Part shown: piece after piece, positions 21,201-30,443 of the stretch
How positions within the stretch are numbered: position 1 is the stretch's first letter
How the letters are laid out: every line of letters starts with the position of its first letter
Virus record (IMG/VR): IMGVR_UViG_3300011336_000243
Span: 19,180-83,179 of that record
DNA length: 64,000 nucleotides
DNA from: a virus
Taxonomy: Duplodnaviria; Caudoviricetes
Reading direction: 5' to 3' (one strand)
Program-made: the position numbers and the translations under genes
Notes under the pieces: model-generated
Database searches by the model: none
What the model saw: the letters and a program-made list of their open reading frames with translations, nothing else
Told to the model about the DNA's origin: nothing

Positions 21201-23552
21201 TATCTTTAATCTTTTGATTCCTTTACTAATGCCTTTTGTACGCATAGGAGGAACAGGAACAGTGGCGCCAGTTTCTGTAAGTACTTCATCTACATCTTCT
21301 TCTTTTGCTTTTATGTCTTCTAGTATACCAAGTTTTCTTTCTACTTCTGCTAGAGATGTAGTAAGTTCATGATTACGTTTAAGCATGTTTTGCTCTTCAT
21401 CTAAGTTGTTAGCAATGCCACTATCAAAAGCATTCATTTCTTTTAACTCTTTATCTACTAACTTCTTTCTTTCTTCTAATAAGTACTTCTGTGCTTTCTT
21501 ATGGAAGACCCATTGCTTAAGAGGCATCTCTGCGCCTTCTACATGTTTGTCACCGATAGTTTCGTAATCAAACTCATTTTGCTCATAGATTTTTTGAATA
21601 GCATCTAAGTCTTTCATAGCTTTCTCTGCTTTCTCCTTGTACGTAGTATCACCTACTTTTGTAGCAAAGCCAAGTCTAGTGGCTGCTGTATGTCCTTGTG
21701 CTTTACTACGTGCATCCTGTAATACCGCTAAGTTCTGTGCTAGTTGAGTCTTTTCATCTGCGTCTTGAGAAGCGGCTATTTGTGTTTGTGTAGCTGCTAT
21801 CTTTTCATCTAATTCTTCTGTATCTACTTTAGTGTTGTCTATGTTAGCAATAGACTGAAAAGTGTTCTTAAGACTATCTCCCATACCAAGAGCCACAGAG
21901 TTACGAACACTAAGATTAAGCATTTCGTCTCTAAGAAGTTGAGCTTCTTCTGGTCTACCATTCTTAATGGCATCCTCCATCTTCTTTGTAGTGTTGTAAT
22001 AGTATTCTGCATCATTTTGTACTCTTCCTTTAATAGCGTCAAAAAAGTCTACTCCTTGTATTCTAGCCATTTCTTTTTTAGACACTCTACCATTGATAGG
22101 TATGATTCCAAGTATCTTACTTGAGTGATATTCTTTAGCAGCATCTTCTGGATTAGTTACTGGTTTTCCCTCTGCATCTACTAAGTTGTTTTCTCCATCT
22201 ACTCTACTTTGCTTTTCTACTTTAAATAGTGGATTGTTCTGTGTAATGCTTTGTTGTCCAGGGCCTGCTATAGCTCCTAAGATAAAGTTGAATGCACCCT
22301 CATCATCATTTACTCTATTGATGTAGTTTTTTAATTGCCCAAACTGTCCTAAGAAACTGTAAGTATTTCCTTTCTTTCCCTCTTCTATACCTGTACGTTC
22401 AGCAAACTGATTAGTTAATTCTTCAAGACCTTCTGCTCCCATTTCTCTTAACGTAGAAAGTGAAAGTAATCCTTCTTTTTTTCCTAACTCTTTAGCGTAT
22501 TTACTACCAGTTTCTCCCGCTAATCTTTCCATATACTTAGCTAATCCTTTTTCACCTAAAGCAGCTTCTGCACTTGACATACCAAGTACTCTTCTAGCCA
22601 CTTCTACAGTTTCATCTACATCGTGTCTAAAGAACTGAGAAACTCCTCCCATCATGTTTAGACCTGTATTGATTACAGTGTTAAGTTGTACTGTAGTCTG
22701 AGCTGATTCACCTGCTATTCTACGTGCCTCTGCATCTGCTTCTTCTTCAGAATAACCTTCAGCTTGTAATTTAATAAATTGGTGTTGGTATACTTCATCG
22801 TAAACATGTTTACCTGACATAGCACCTTCTGTGTATGCCATCATACCAGCAGTCATCCACTGTTCTCCTGCTCTAGCTAATTTCATGCCTCCTTGAAGTG
22901 CACTTCTACCAGTTTTAGCTATTCCAGTAACTTTCCCTACTTCTGCTAAACCTCTAGTAGCTATTTTTCCTAAAGTCATTCCTTTTCCTGCTATAGATCC
23001 TACTTTGCCTATTTCTCCTAGTACTTTAGCAAATCCTGCACCATCTAAAGCAAAAGCAGCCAATGTAGTTATTAACCCTTCCCCAGTCTCTAATACAGAA
23101 CTTAAATCTGTAAAGTCAAAAAGTTTATCTGATTTTCTATACAAAGGAAAGTTAGCATCTAACCAAGAGTTAGCATCATCCATAGCATTAGTTAAACCAT
23201 TTTGATAATCATTAGCTGAATCGAACAACTCAGGAATATAACCTACACTTTGCACAAGGTTAGTACCTATTTTAAGAAAAGTACGAGGTACAAAATTTCT
23301 CCACTTTTCTAATGCCGATTGCTGTTCTCCTAGTATATGTTCTAAGTTTCCTTGTGCTGGAGAATAACTAGCTCCAGAATATTTAGGAAGTGCTTCTAAA
23401 TTTAAGTCTACAGCTGGATTACTTTTAAACGTGGAAGGTATAGAAGGAAGATAAAAAGAATTTGGGTCTTGTTTTCCTACTTTTTGTGCTTCTGGTTTTT
23501 CTGTTCCCCATCCTACTCCATCATACTCGTTGTTTAAATCTTCTAATGCCAT
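18255..23552 (-). CDS. Large ejected (cargo) virion protein adjacent to the vRNAP
   Basis: 1765 aa, Gly/Ala amphipathic N-terminal region, EGLEELTNQFAE motif, coiled-coil middle, and the position expected in Crassvirales. Confidence 0.75.
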   Translation of the reverse strand: MALEDLNNEYDGVGWGTEKPEAQKVGKQDPNSFYLPSIPSTFKSNPAVDLNLEALPKYSGASYSPAQGNLEHILGEQQSALEKWRNFVPRTFLKIGTNLVQSVGYIPELFDSANDYQNGLTNAMDDANSWLDANFPLYRKSDKLFDFTDLSSVLETGEGLITTLAAFALDGAGFAKVLGEIGKVGSIAGKGMTLGKIATRGLAEVGKVTGIAKTGRSALQGGMKLARAGEQWMTAGMMAYTEGAMSGKHVYDEVYQHQFIKLQAEGYSEEEADAEARRIAGESAQTTVQLNTVINTGLNMMGGVSQFFRHDVDETVEVARRVLGMSSAEAALGEKGLAKYMERLAGETGSKYAKELGKKEGLLSLSTLREMGAEGLEELTNQFAERTGIEEGKKGNTYSFLGQFGQLKNYINRVNDDEGAFNFILGAIAGPGQQSITQNNPLFKVEKQSRVDGENNLVDAEGKPVTNPEDAAKEYHSSKILGIIPINGRVSKKEMARIQGVDFFDAIKGRVQNDAEYYYNTTKKMEDAIKNGRPEEAQLLRDEMLNLSVRNSVALGMGDSLKNTFQSIANIDNTKVDTEELDEKIAATQTQIAASQDADEKTQLAQNLAVLQDARSKAQGHTAATRLGFATKVGDTTYKEKAEKAMKDLDAIQKIYEQNEFDYETIGDKHVEGAEMPLKQWVFHKKAQKYLLEERKKLVDKELKEMNAFDSGIANNLDEEQNMLKRNHELTTSLAEVERKLGILEDIKAKEEDVDEVLTETGATVPVPPMRTKGISKGIKRLKIRKASLEKDLDKHAETLAASTVYATWLENNPNKTISDYYKDVNERLPIAANYRRLSNVASRLDDMIKGHDEHLKELSTAKSLSSVMKITSNYYKELNAKMEKETLATQKALRGRVENLKTREDLVRKQYERLQKENEKELRKVVATMRNNLADLENLRNLIDEATKNPALANLLEERKELYNKILQQFRQKEVQRARILASLESLPTQLSQFLKENQALIEATMVELQSTEEVDENQKNPLPEAEAEPVTEEEVPEETTMDPVSPPLASEEVLPTKTVFEETLDNLRRSDATVQLADDLATYVEEATAKHMEEVVHDDITFAPFATSHGLTVREAAPYFNIAKAAIEEKGFRVVESASVLEELPIEEPTTETTEETTDTLDIDQEVHSVEFVPAEFIPSTNESGRQHGAKQVSPHNAVAHQNIVAYNTTVMDAPPGDVKEGDRVWNNTGKVSSETDLDVLRKEGLPPGTKLSISVDMDYDGLAVKPESTSDYTGDKLNLEREKSVEDYLRGLNSSDEAERQDAIDNIPIKVEVLDDAGNPTGYTTYIHKVGWILAEIPGSTSDDRFIHVVDLISDGNGGTISGNAQAEADRLRKIREAVINAHLTGATLNSVVETKGAGRVNLAHKYEPAARFISELELHVVSDTLTSMTGGDPSVVYRKGMEGQVVALVPGANGTMIPMTVKPNTLLDNDTFPAVKRLLEIVIAQSTEKNQKDIDRIENLIGKRIDKLQDLRNVFTQYFSYTTDITKFLIDPKYKGYAIDFSKDGHGFTIEICKKTEEGSVVKKLSINKNGELDSDSVEMLKEFLENRPQLVNIQKGNIQGLSFEEDDPFIELNVNNNGEWVTKSYPTYRNFIMSKISTNIRPLSVPSTNRSQPKTGEKFYASNPVIKFNTGFVDFAPNTTPITATEAIDDTFNPFADEFESLEPATPHIENGTAVTPEALSSLLYSTPQSERNGMTVDEALVALKAQGFKSISWNPFKKC

Positions 23553-23553
23553 C

Positions 23554-25896
23554 CTAATTATTTGTGTAGTTTAAAAATGTTTCCCAATCTGTTTTGCTAC
23601 TATTAAGTTTTTTAGTTACTCCATTAGGTATAATAGTACCGTCTTCTTTATGTACGCTAAAAGTATTACCGTCCTTGTGAATGTTTACAACTATTTTTGT
23701 AGGTTTTCCATTAAGAGTAATCATTAAAGGTTCTCCATTTCTATTAGTAGTTATTCTTTTTCCTGCTATAAATGGTAACTCACTTCCTACGTCTCCTCTT
23801 TGAGCTGTTTTTTGTAAGTCTATTACTCCTGTTATGTCATCAGCATTAGACATTAAATAAGGTAACATTTTTTGCATGTTAGGTACTTTTATATAAACAG
23901 TTCTATTAAATTCTTTAGTCTTAGCATCATACAAATTTAACTGTGTAAGATTACGTCCTGGTATAATGTTTACTTCTTTATCGTTAATAGTAAGACCTTC
24001 ATCCTTCATCAAATCTAGTAAATTACCTTCTTGTGCTCCTCCTATGTTGTTTAAGTATGCAAAGTTTCCAGGTGAAGAAAGAATAGCAGATTTAAACTTC
24101 TTGTGATTAGGAGTAACATCATCTAAAGCTGCAGTAGGTGTAGTCATCTTCATATTTTTAAAAGATTCTTTAGCTCCTGGAGTTTCTCCAAAGTGTAAAG
24201 AATTTAACTTGTCCCTATAATTAAGACCTCTACCAGTTGAATATATTTGTCCTTCAGATTCAAGCCAGTTAAATAACTCTGGGTTTTTAGCTTTAGTTAC
24301 TACATAGTCTTTTCCATTAGCTTTTACTTTGAATCCTACCCAAGTTCCGCCACTAGTAAATAACTGACCTAGAACAGAAGTTGGTGCATTTTCTACTATT
24401 GGCTCTAACTCTCTTCCATTAACTAAAGAGTTTAGTATAGCTTCTTTAACTCCTGGTGCATAAGTTAATTTAGGTAAACTTTTTTCATACTCTTGTCTAG
24501 CTTTTCCTTGAATAGTTCTATAATCTTCTCCATAAGCTTTTTTAGCTACTGGATCTAATGAAGACTGTAAGAAAGTTTTATAATAAGAAAGTTCATTTTG
24601 TGCAGCGGCTACTGCTCCAGAATACTTTTCAACATCAGCTTTAGCTTTTTCAACTTGTTCTTTAGAGTACTTTGTAGGATTACTAAGAATGTTATTAGCT
24701 ATCTTAAGTTGGTAGTTACTCATTTCTAGTTCTTTTTCAAGTGGTTCAATTCCTTTAGATTGCATATCAGACAAGGATTCAAAAGGTGCACTTAAAAGTG
24801 CTACGTTACCTACTAAAGCAGGTAATGCATTATTTTCTTCTGCTTTTGCGGCTTTAGCTCTTTCTTCTTTTTTCTTTTCAAATACTTCAGCTAGAGTTGC
24901 TAATTGATATGGACTAGGTTCAGTCTTTATTTCCTTAGTTATACTAGAAATTTGTTTAGTAGCAGCGTAGTTAAATATATCACCGTAAAGAGTATTATAG
25001 ACATCTTTAGTTGTTAGTTGTTGTAAAGCATTAGTTGGAGTTATTTCTCCTTTTAAGACTTTATCTTTTAATAACTGTTCTGAAGCTATTTCATCTTCGT
25101 TAACTCCTGTAGGAACAAATTTGTTTTGGAAGAAGTCATAAGCAGCTTTATCATCTACGCCATTAGTGTTGGCAAAAGTTTGTAGTCTAGACTGTTTGTC
25201 CAAATATTGAAAAAGTTTAGTACCTGGAGTTTTAGCAGCTGAATCAAAAGCTTGTCTAATTTTATCTACTCCTATAGTTTCATAAATACTACCGTTTTTA
25301 TATTTTTCATATAAAGTCCCTATATCTTCAGTTACACCATACTTATCAGGACCTAACATAGATAATACTTCACGTGTAGCCTCATCAGGATCAGGTAAGT
25401 CTCCCCAGTTCTCACCACTTTTAAAGCCACCTACTTTTCTTCCCATCTCATCAAACTGTAATGGTTTAGAACCAGCTAAAGCTTTAGCTTTCATATCATT
25501 CTTTTGAGACTCTGTCCAACCTTTATACTTATCTATTTCATCATAGTACGTAGCTTCTTGTTTAGCATCATTAGCTATAGCTCCTAGTTTACTATGTACG
25601 TTTCTTCCTAAAGACATTAAAGGACGAGTGTAGTGTTCATAGTCTCCTTTCTTAGCTATTTCATCTAACTTTTGTGTAGTCTCCATAGCTATCTTGTCTA
25701 ACTCTGGTTTACCCATTGTCCCTGCTGGAGCTTGAGCAATCAAGTCTCTAGTAGTTGCATCTATCTGCACACCTACTTCAAACTTCTTGTCAAGTTCTTC
25801 ACGTAGTCCTTTAATATCAGCGGCCATACCTGGGATGTACTTTGGTATGGCATTCTCACTTGTGTTTACTAGTCTAAAATTATCTGATGCTGCCAT
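23554..25896 (-). CDS. Ejected (cargo) virion protein
   Basis: 780-aa helical protein inside the translationally coupled cargo operon. Confidence 0.7.
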   Translation of the reverse strand: MAASDNFRLVNTSENAIPKYIPGMAADIKGLREELDKKFEVGVQIDATTRDLIAQAPAGTMGKPELDKIAMETTQKLDEIAKKGDYEHYTRPLMSLGRNVHSKLGAIANDAKQEATYYDEIDKYKGWTESQKNDMKAKALAGSKPLQFDEMGRKVGGFKSGENWGDLPDPDEATREVLSMLGPDKYGVTEDIGTLYEKYKNGSIYETIGVDKIRQAFDSAAKTPGTKLFQYLDKQSRLQTFANTNGVDDKAAYDFFQNKFVPTGVNEDEIASEQLLKDKVLKGEITPTNALQQLTTKDVYNTLYGDIFNYAATKQISSITKEIKTEPSPYQLATLAEVFEKKKEERAKAAKAEENNALPALVGNVALLSAPFESLSDMQSKGIEPLEKELEMSNYQLKIANNILSNPTKYSKEQVEKAKADVEKYSGAVAAAQNELSYYKTFLQSSLDPVAKKAYGEDYRTIQGKARQEYEKSLPKLTYAPGVKEAILNSLVNGRELEPIVENAPTSVLGQLFTSGGTWVGFKVKANGKDYVVTKAKNPELFNWLESEGQIYSTGRGLNYRDKLNSLHFGETPGAKESFKNMKMTTPTAALDDVTPNHKKFKSAILSSPGNFAYLNNIGGAQEGNLLDLMKDEGLTINDKEVNIIPGRNLTQLNLYDAKTKEFNRTVYIKVPNMQKMLPYLMSNADDITGVIDLQKTAQRGDVGSELPFIAGKRITTNRNGEPLMITLNGKPTKIVVNIHKDGNTFSVHKEDGTIIPNGVTKKLNSSKTDWETFLNYTNN

Positions 25897-27524
25897 TATA
25901 TTATCGGTTTTAAGTTCATACGTTTAATCATTCTTCCTGCTGTGTAACCTCCCCACTTCTTTTCAGTTAACTCTCCAGGTTTCTTAGCTTTTAGTTTGTC
26001 TAAAAAAGTTTCTGAAAAAGTTTTTGAATTTTTTTCAGCTTTCTTAAGTTCTTCATCTAGAATAGATCTTTTTAAAGTCCCATACTCATCTTTACCAAAC
26101 TCTAACTGAGCTTTAAAGTTTTCCATGTTGTACGCATTCTTCTGGTCTTGCATTCCCATATACTTACCAACTGCATTAGCTATGTTTTCACTTCGTGCAC
26201 TTGTCAAAGCATTCTTTCTAGCAGCTTGCTCAGCATTAAAAGCTGCTAGTCTGTCTGCATTAGAACTATTTACTTGTCTGTTAATAGTAGCTTCTTGATT
26301 AGCGATTCCTATGTTAGTGTTACGTTCATTCTGGTTGATAGATGACAACTGATTTACACTTTGTCCTAATGCCCCTAGTTTCATTAAACCTGCAGTTTGT
26401 GCATCCATAGAGTTATCTAAACTTCTAAAAGTTGTGTTCATTCCTCTACGTACTTCATTACGGTCACTATCCATATTCTGTCTTTCAAGTTGTATTTGAT
26501 TTTCGTAGATAGGAGAAGGCACTGCTGCTGGTTGTCTAAAAGAGTTTAGTATATTAGACAAGTAAGGAACTCCAGAAGTTCTATAAGGCGGAAGTTGTGG
26601 AGTTTGTTTAGTTGCTACTGTTGGTGTTGTAGGAGTGGTAGGATTTACTACTGTATCTCCAAAAGGAGTTTGAGGAGAATACCTATCATCTTTAACTATT
26701 GTTTGTGGTTTTACTCCATACATCTCATTTCCACTCATAATAGGTTGTTGAGGTATAGGAGTATTAAAAGTTTTAGCAGGTTCAGGCAATCTTAAAGACT
26801 GATCTTGCATAGGTTTAACAGGAGGTGCAACTGGTTTAGGAGTTGGTGGAACTGTTCCAGTTACAGAGGGTCCAAGTATTCCGTTTACAGATTGTCTAGT
26901 GAATTCAGGTAAGCCTTGTTTATTTACTGGAGTACCTACACTAGGTGGTGTAGGTAAAGACCTTGTTGTTTGTGGTGTAGTAGTTTGTGCTGTAGTTGTA
27001 GCTCTTGGTCTAGTTACACCTCTGCTTCTAGCCATTTCTCTATACTTTTCAAAAGTAGTACCCTTTCCTTTTTCATTCCCATCTTCCCAATTTTTTAAAG
27101 TTCCAGATTTTAAAGCAGCTTGAAAACTTTCACTATCACCCGCTTGGTGATATACTCCAAATCTTTCTTCTTTAGTAAAGTCTGGAAGTTGTTTAGAAAC
27201 TTCTTTTCCATAAAGTTTTTCCATTCTATTATACTCAGGTACCTGGTATTGTTCAAAGAATTTGTCTTGTATACGTTCATCATTTACGTAAAGTTTTTTA
27301 GCTTCTTCTAAAGTTTTAGCTTTAGTTACTTTCATTAAAGCTTTAGCATACGTTGGACTTGTTTCAAATCCTGTTTGATACTTACCTATGTATTTAGCAT
27401 TAGGGTTTATAGCTCTTGGGTCTTCCCCAAAGCTAGACTCTACTGAAGATATATACTTTTTAAGCCACTCTTTATCTATAGAAGGGACTGTTACTTTTCT
27501 TTGTGGTACTTTTTTCTTTGCCAT
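25896..27524 (-). CDS. Cargo protein with an N-terminal lysozyme-like / lytic transglycosylase domain
   Basis: ISSVES...AINP...YIGKYQ (catalytic ES plus GxYQ motif), Pro/Thr linker, Asn/Gln/Ala-rich helical C-terminus. Confidence 0.7.
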   Translation of the reverse strand: MAKKKVPQRKVTVPSIDKEWLKKYISSVESSFGEDPRAINPNAKYIGKYQTGFETSPTYAKALMKVTKAKTLEEAKKLYVNDERIQDKFFEQYQVPEYNRMEKLYGKEVSKQLPDFTKEERFGVYHQAGDSESFQAALKSGTLKNWEDGNEKGKGTTFEKYREMARSRGVTRPRATTTAQTTTPQTTRSLPTPPSVGTPVNKQGLPEFTRQSVNGILGPSVTGTVPPTPKPVAPPVKPMQDQSLRLPEPAKTFNTPIPQQPIMSGNEMYGVKPQTIVKDDRYSPQTPFGDTVVNPTTPTTPTVATKQTPQLPPYRTSGVPYLSNILNSFRQPAAVPSPIYENQIQLERQNMDSDRNEVRRGMNTTFRSLDNSMDAQTAGLMKLGALGQSVNQLSSINQNERNTNIGIANQEATINRQVNSSNADRLAAFNAEQAARKNALTSARSENIANAVGKYMGMQDQKNAYNMENFKAQLEFGKDEYGTLKRSILDEELKKAEKNSKTFSETFLDKLKAKKPGELTEKKWGGYTAGRMIKRMNLKPII

Positions 27525-30442
27525 TACGCTAGATTTAATTGTTTACGTACTTGTTCTTGTTGTGCTTTAAGCATTTCTACTTTTCCTTGGAGTAAACGTA
27601 GTGCATTCACTCTATCAGGAGTCATAGGTTTCTTTTCTATCTTACCCATAGCTCTTGCTAATGGTCTATGTAAGTCTGCAAAACCTAGTTTCTTAGAGAA
27701 GACATAACTACCCTCTGTAGTTTCTCCTGCTTCTACTTCAGCTCCTAAGTCTGGAAGTGCTTCTCCTCCTTCTGCATGAGACCTACCTTTTACTTCTGTA
27801 GCATTCTCAGACATAGGTTTCATGTTAGAATTCTGTCTGTTCATCATAGCAGCTGCTAAAGGTCTCTTCATTAATCCTCCATCAGCGTACATAGCTGTAT
27901 TATCTACGCCTACGTTGTTGTTGAAGTTTAAAGTTGAAGCTGCTCTATCTTGATAAGCTGCTTGGTCTTTAGCTACTTGCTTAGCCTTATCCCTTTCTCT
28001 TTTCTTAGCCATTACTACTCCTGCAACTCCTCCTACAACTGCGCCAACTACTGCTCCAGCTGGACCAAGTTTTGCTCCCATAGAAGCTCCTTGCAATGCA
28101 CTACTAATTCCCATTTTCCCTCTGTCTGTTGCATCATATCTACCATACTGTCCAGCATCACTAAGTGGCATTACACTAGAAGCAAGAGAAGCAGCCATTC
28201 CTAAACCATCACTTAGTTGACCATTAGTAGTGTCTTTAAAAAGATTGTTCTTATCTTTTTGTTCACCATTGTCTTCACCACTATTTTGTGCAAATCCATT
28301 AATGTTATCTCTAAAGTCTTTTTCTTCTTCTCCTTCTGTATCTCCTCCAATACCAAACTTTACGTTACCAGCACTTACGCCATACACATCTACGCCCATA
28401 CTCTTTTTATTAGAAACTGGTGGAGCCTTAGGAGCTAACCAGTTTCTTTCGTCGTTTATGATACCTAGGTTTCTCACGTAGCCTCCCAACTCTCTTTTAT
28501 TCATTCCTGTTGCTACTTTGTAACCTGTGTCACTAAACATATCTGCAACTCTGTTAGAAGGCATAGGCATTACGTTTCCTGCATTCCTAGCTCCTTCAAA
28601 CCCATTGTACTTTAGTCCACTAGGAGTCATGTTAATCGTTGGGTACACTACAGGATTACCTCCAGTCTTATCTAGATCGTAAGCCATATAGTGTGTAGAT
28701 CTTTGTGAGTTTGGTAGATTCTGTAGTCTAGGTTCTCCCATAGTGTTTGATTGTAAAGAAGGCTGGTTAGGATCCATAGCTCTCTGCATAGCTTCTCTAC
28801 TTCTATTACGAAAAGCTAGTACTTTAGAAATAGCTGCGTCTGAAGGGTCTAGTGCTCCTCCGTCTTCACACTTACGAAGTCCACCTCCGTTTTTATATTT
28901 TCTCATTGTATAGTCGTTTATGTTTGTATTTTTTAGTGAAGTAACTTTTCCACCATACTCTAGTTTAACTGGTTTAGTGTAAGGAATTAAGGTATCTCTT
29001 TCAGGTAATATATAAACTTTACTATTATCTTTTAACGTAGAAAATCCACAACTTGTTCCATCAAGATTAATACAACCATTACTCATGTTACGTGAAGTCT
29101 TGTTAGTAGTATCTTTTAAAGCTGCTATTCTGTTCATGTATCCAGTTCCATGTATAGCTTTACTACTTTCTTTTCCTTCTTCATCTGTAAGTGTTAAAAG
29201 TTGTCCTGTTGGTCCGTAACTTTCTATTCTATGGTTCTTAGCTTCTTGCCATGCATCTTTGTCTATTATCTTCTTTATTTTGTTTTTTAACCCTATAGGT
29301 TCAGTATAGTTAGTTATTAACTTTGTAGAGAATACTCCTGCAGGTGTAATCTTTTGTTTAATTTGGTCTAAGTAATCGTAATAATCTTTGTACTTATCTT
29401 TTAAGTCACTCTTATAATATTCTTGTTGACTTGGTGCTGTAGTTACATCTCCTGAATCTACTCCAGTAATAATAGGTTCATTCTTTATACGTTTTCCATT
29501 TCTGTCTACGTAAACAATGTTATTACTGTTCTTATCTATTACTGCGTAGTTAAGTGTATCATTCTTACTCTTATTAGCTTGTACGTATTTGATTTGTGCG
29601 TCAATCAAAGAGTCTCTTCTTTTAACTTGCGGTTTAGTACTAATCCTCATAGGAGAAGGTGGGGGTGTAGTCAATCTAGGAGCTGCTTGTCTTACACTAT
29701 TTGCATCTACTGCTGTAACCGTGTATGGAGTAGGAGGTATTACGACTTTTTTATTTATAGGTCCACCGTTTCCAAACTTCTGCTCTCCTTTAGTATTTGG
29801 TTGATACTCTTGATTCTGAACTTTCTTTTGTAACTCATCTCTAAGACTATCACTGTATAACTGTTGATTTTTATACATCTCTGTACTGTCACTATAGTCT
29901 TTAGCCTTTTTAAAAGAGTATACAGCTTCTGCCGCATCAATACCTCTACCTAAAGGAAGCATCTTTTTAACAACAGAAGGTTTACTAAATATGTCTGAAG
30001 CAGGTATAGTCTTAGTTCCAAAAGGTATTTTTAAATAACCTGATAAAGCATCTACAGGAACTTGTGCGTACTCTTTTCTATTTAAGTCATTAACAATATC
30101 TAGTGCTGCTAAACTTGTTCCTAATACAGGAGGTCCAACAGCTTGAAGAGTATTAGATAAACCATTTTCAAAGTACTCATTAGCTTTTCTACCGTAGTTT
30201 AAAACTTTTTCAGAGTATCCTTTTTTTCTTAAAGCATCTGTATTCTTTTTAGCAATAGCTTCTGGTGTATTAGAAGCTGTAACTGAAGGTTTTAGATTAA
30301 TGTCATAGTTAGGTAACTGTAGTTTTCTTTTAACTGTAGGCGTAGAGGGATAAGTCGCTTGTCCACGATTATCTACTTGCGTAACTGTGTAAGAAGGATT
30401 AGCTACTATAGGTTTCTTTAATCTTGTTTTACTTTTAGCCAT
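27524..30442 (-). CDS. Modular cargo protein with an L,D-transpeptidase (YkuD-like) domain and a Gly/Ala transmembrane-like segment
   Basis: YAVIDK, ITG, TPAGVF, IHGT and SNGCINL motifs. GPAGAVVGAVVGGVAGVVM segment. GRSHAEGG..AEVEAGE motif. ATG 30442 follows the upstream stop directly (ORF track start is 30466). Confidence 0.75.
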   Translation of the reverse strand: MAKSKTRLKKPIVANPSYTVTQVDNRGQATYPSTPTVKRKLQLPNYDINLKPSVTASNTPEAIAKKNTDALRKKGYSEKVLNYGRKANEYFENGLSNTLQAVGPPVLGTSLAALDIVNDLNRKEYAQVPVDALSGYLKIPFGTKTIPASDIFSKPSVVKKMLPLGRGIDAAEAVYSFKKAKDYSDSTEMYKNQQLYSDSLRDELQKKVQNQEYQPNTKGEQKFGNGGPINKKVVIPPTPYTVTAVDANSVRQAAPRLTTPPPSPMRISTKPQVKRRDSLIDAQIKYVQANKSKNDTLNYAVIDKNSNNIVYVDRNGKRIKNEPIITGVDSGDVTTAPSQQEYYKSDLKDKYKDYYDYLDQIKQKITPAGVFSTKLITNYTEPIGLKNKIKKIIDKDAWQEAKNHRIESYGPTGQLLTLTDEEGKESSKAIHGTGYMNRIAALKDTTNKTSRNMSNGCINLDGTSCGFSTLKDNSKVYILPERDTLIPYTKPVKLEYGGKVTSLKNTNINDYTMRKYKNGGGLRKCEDGGALDPSDAAISKVLAFRNRSREAMQRAMDPNQPSLQSNTMGEPRLQNLPNSQRSTHYMAYDLDKTGGNPVVYPTINMTPSGLKYNGFEGARNAGNVMPMPSNRVADMFSDTGYKVATGMNKRELGGYVRNLGIINDERNWLAPKAPPVSNKKSMGVDVYGVSAGNVKFGIGGDTEGEEEKDFRDNINGFAQNSGEDNGEQKDKNNLFKDTTNGQLSDGLGMAASLASSVMPLSDAGQYGRYDATDRGKMGISSALQGASMGAKLGPAGAVVGAVVGGVAGVVMAKKRERDKAKQVAKDQAAYQDRAASTLNFNNNVGVDNTAMYADGGLMKRPLAAAMMNRQNSNMKPMSENATEVKGRSHAEGGEALPDLGAEVEAGETTEGSYVFSKKLGFADLHRPLARAMGKIEKKPMTPDRVNALRLLQGKVEMLKAQQEQVRKQLNLA

Positions 30443-30443
30443 G

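Noticed and set aside
6722-29940. Many 60-95 aa ORFs antisense to or nested in the large minus-strand genes
   Set aside because: They are shadow ORFs expected from the codon bias, with no start context or recognisable motifs.
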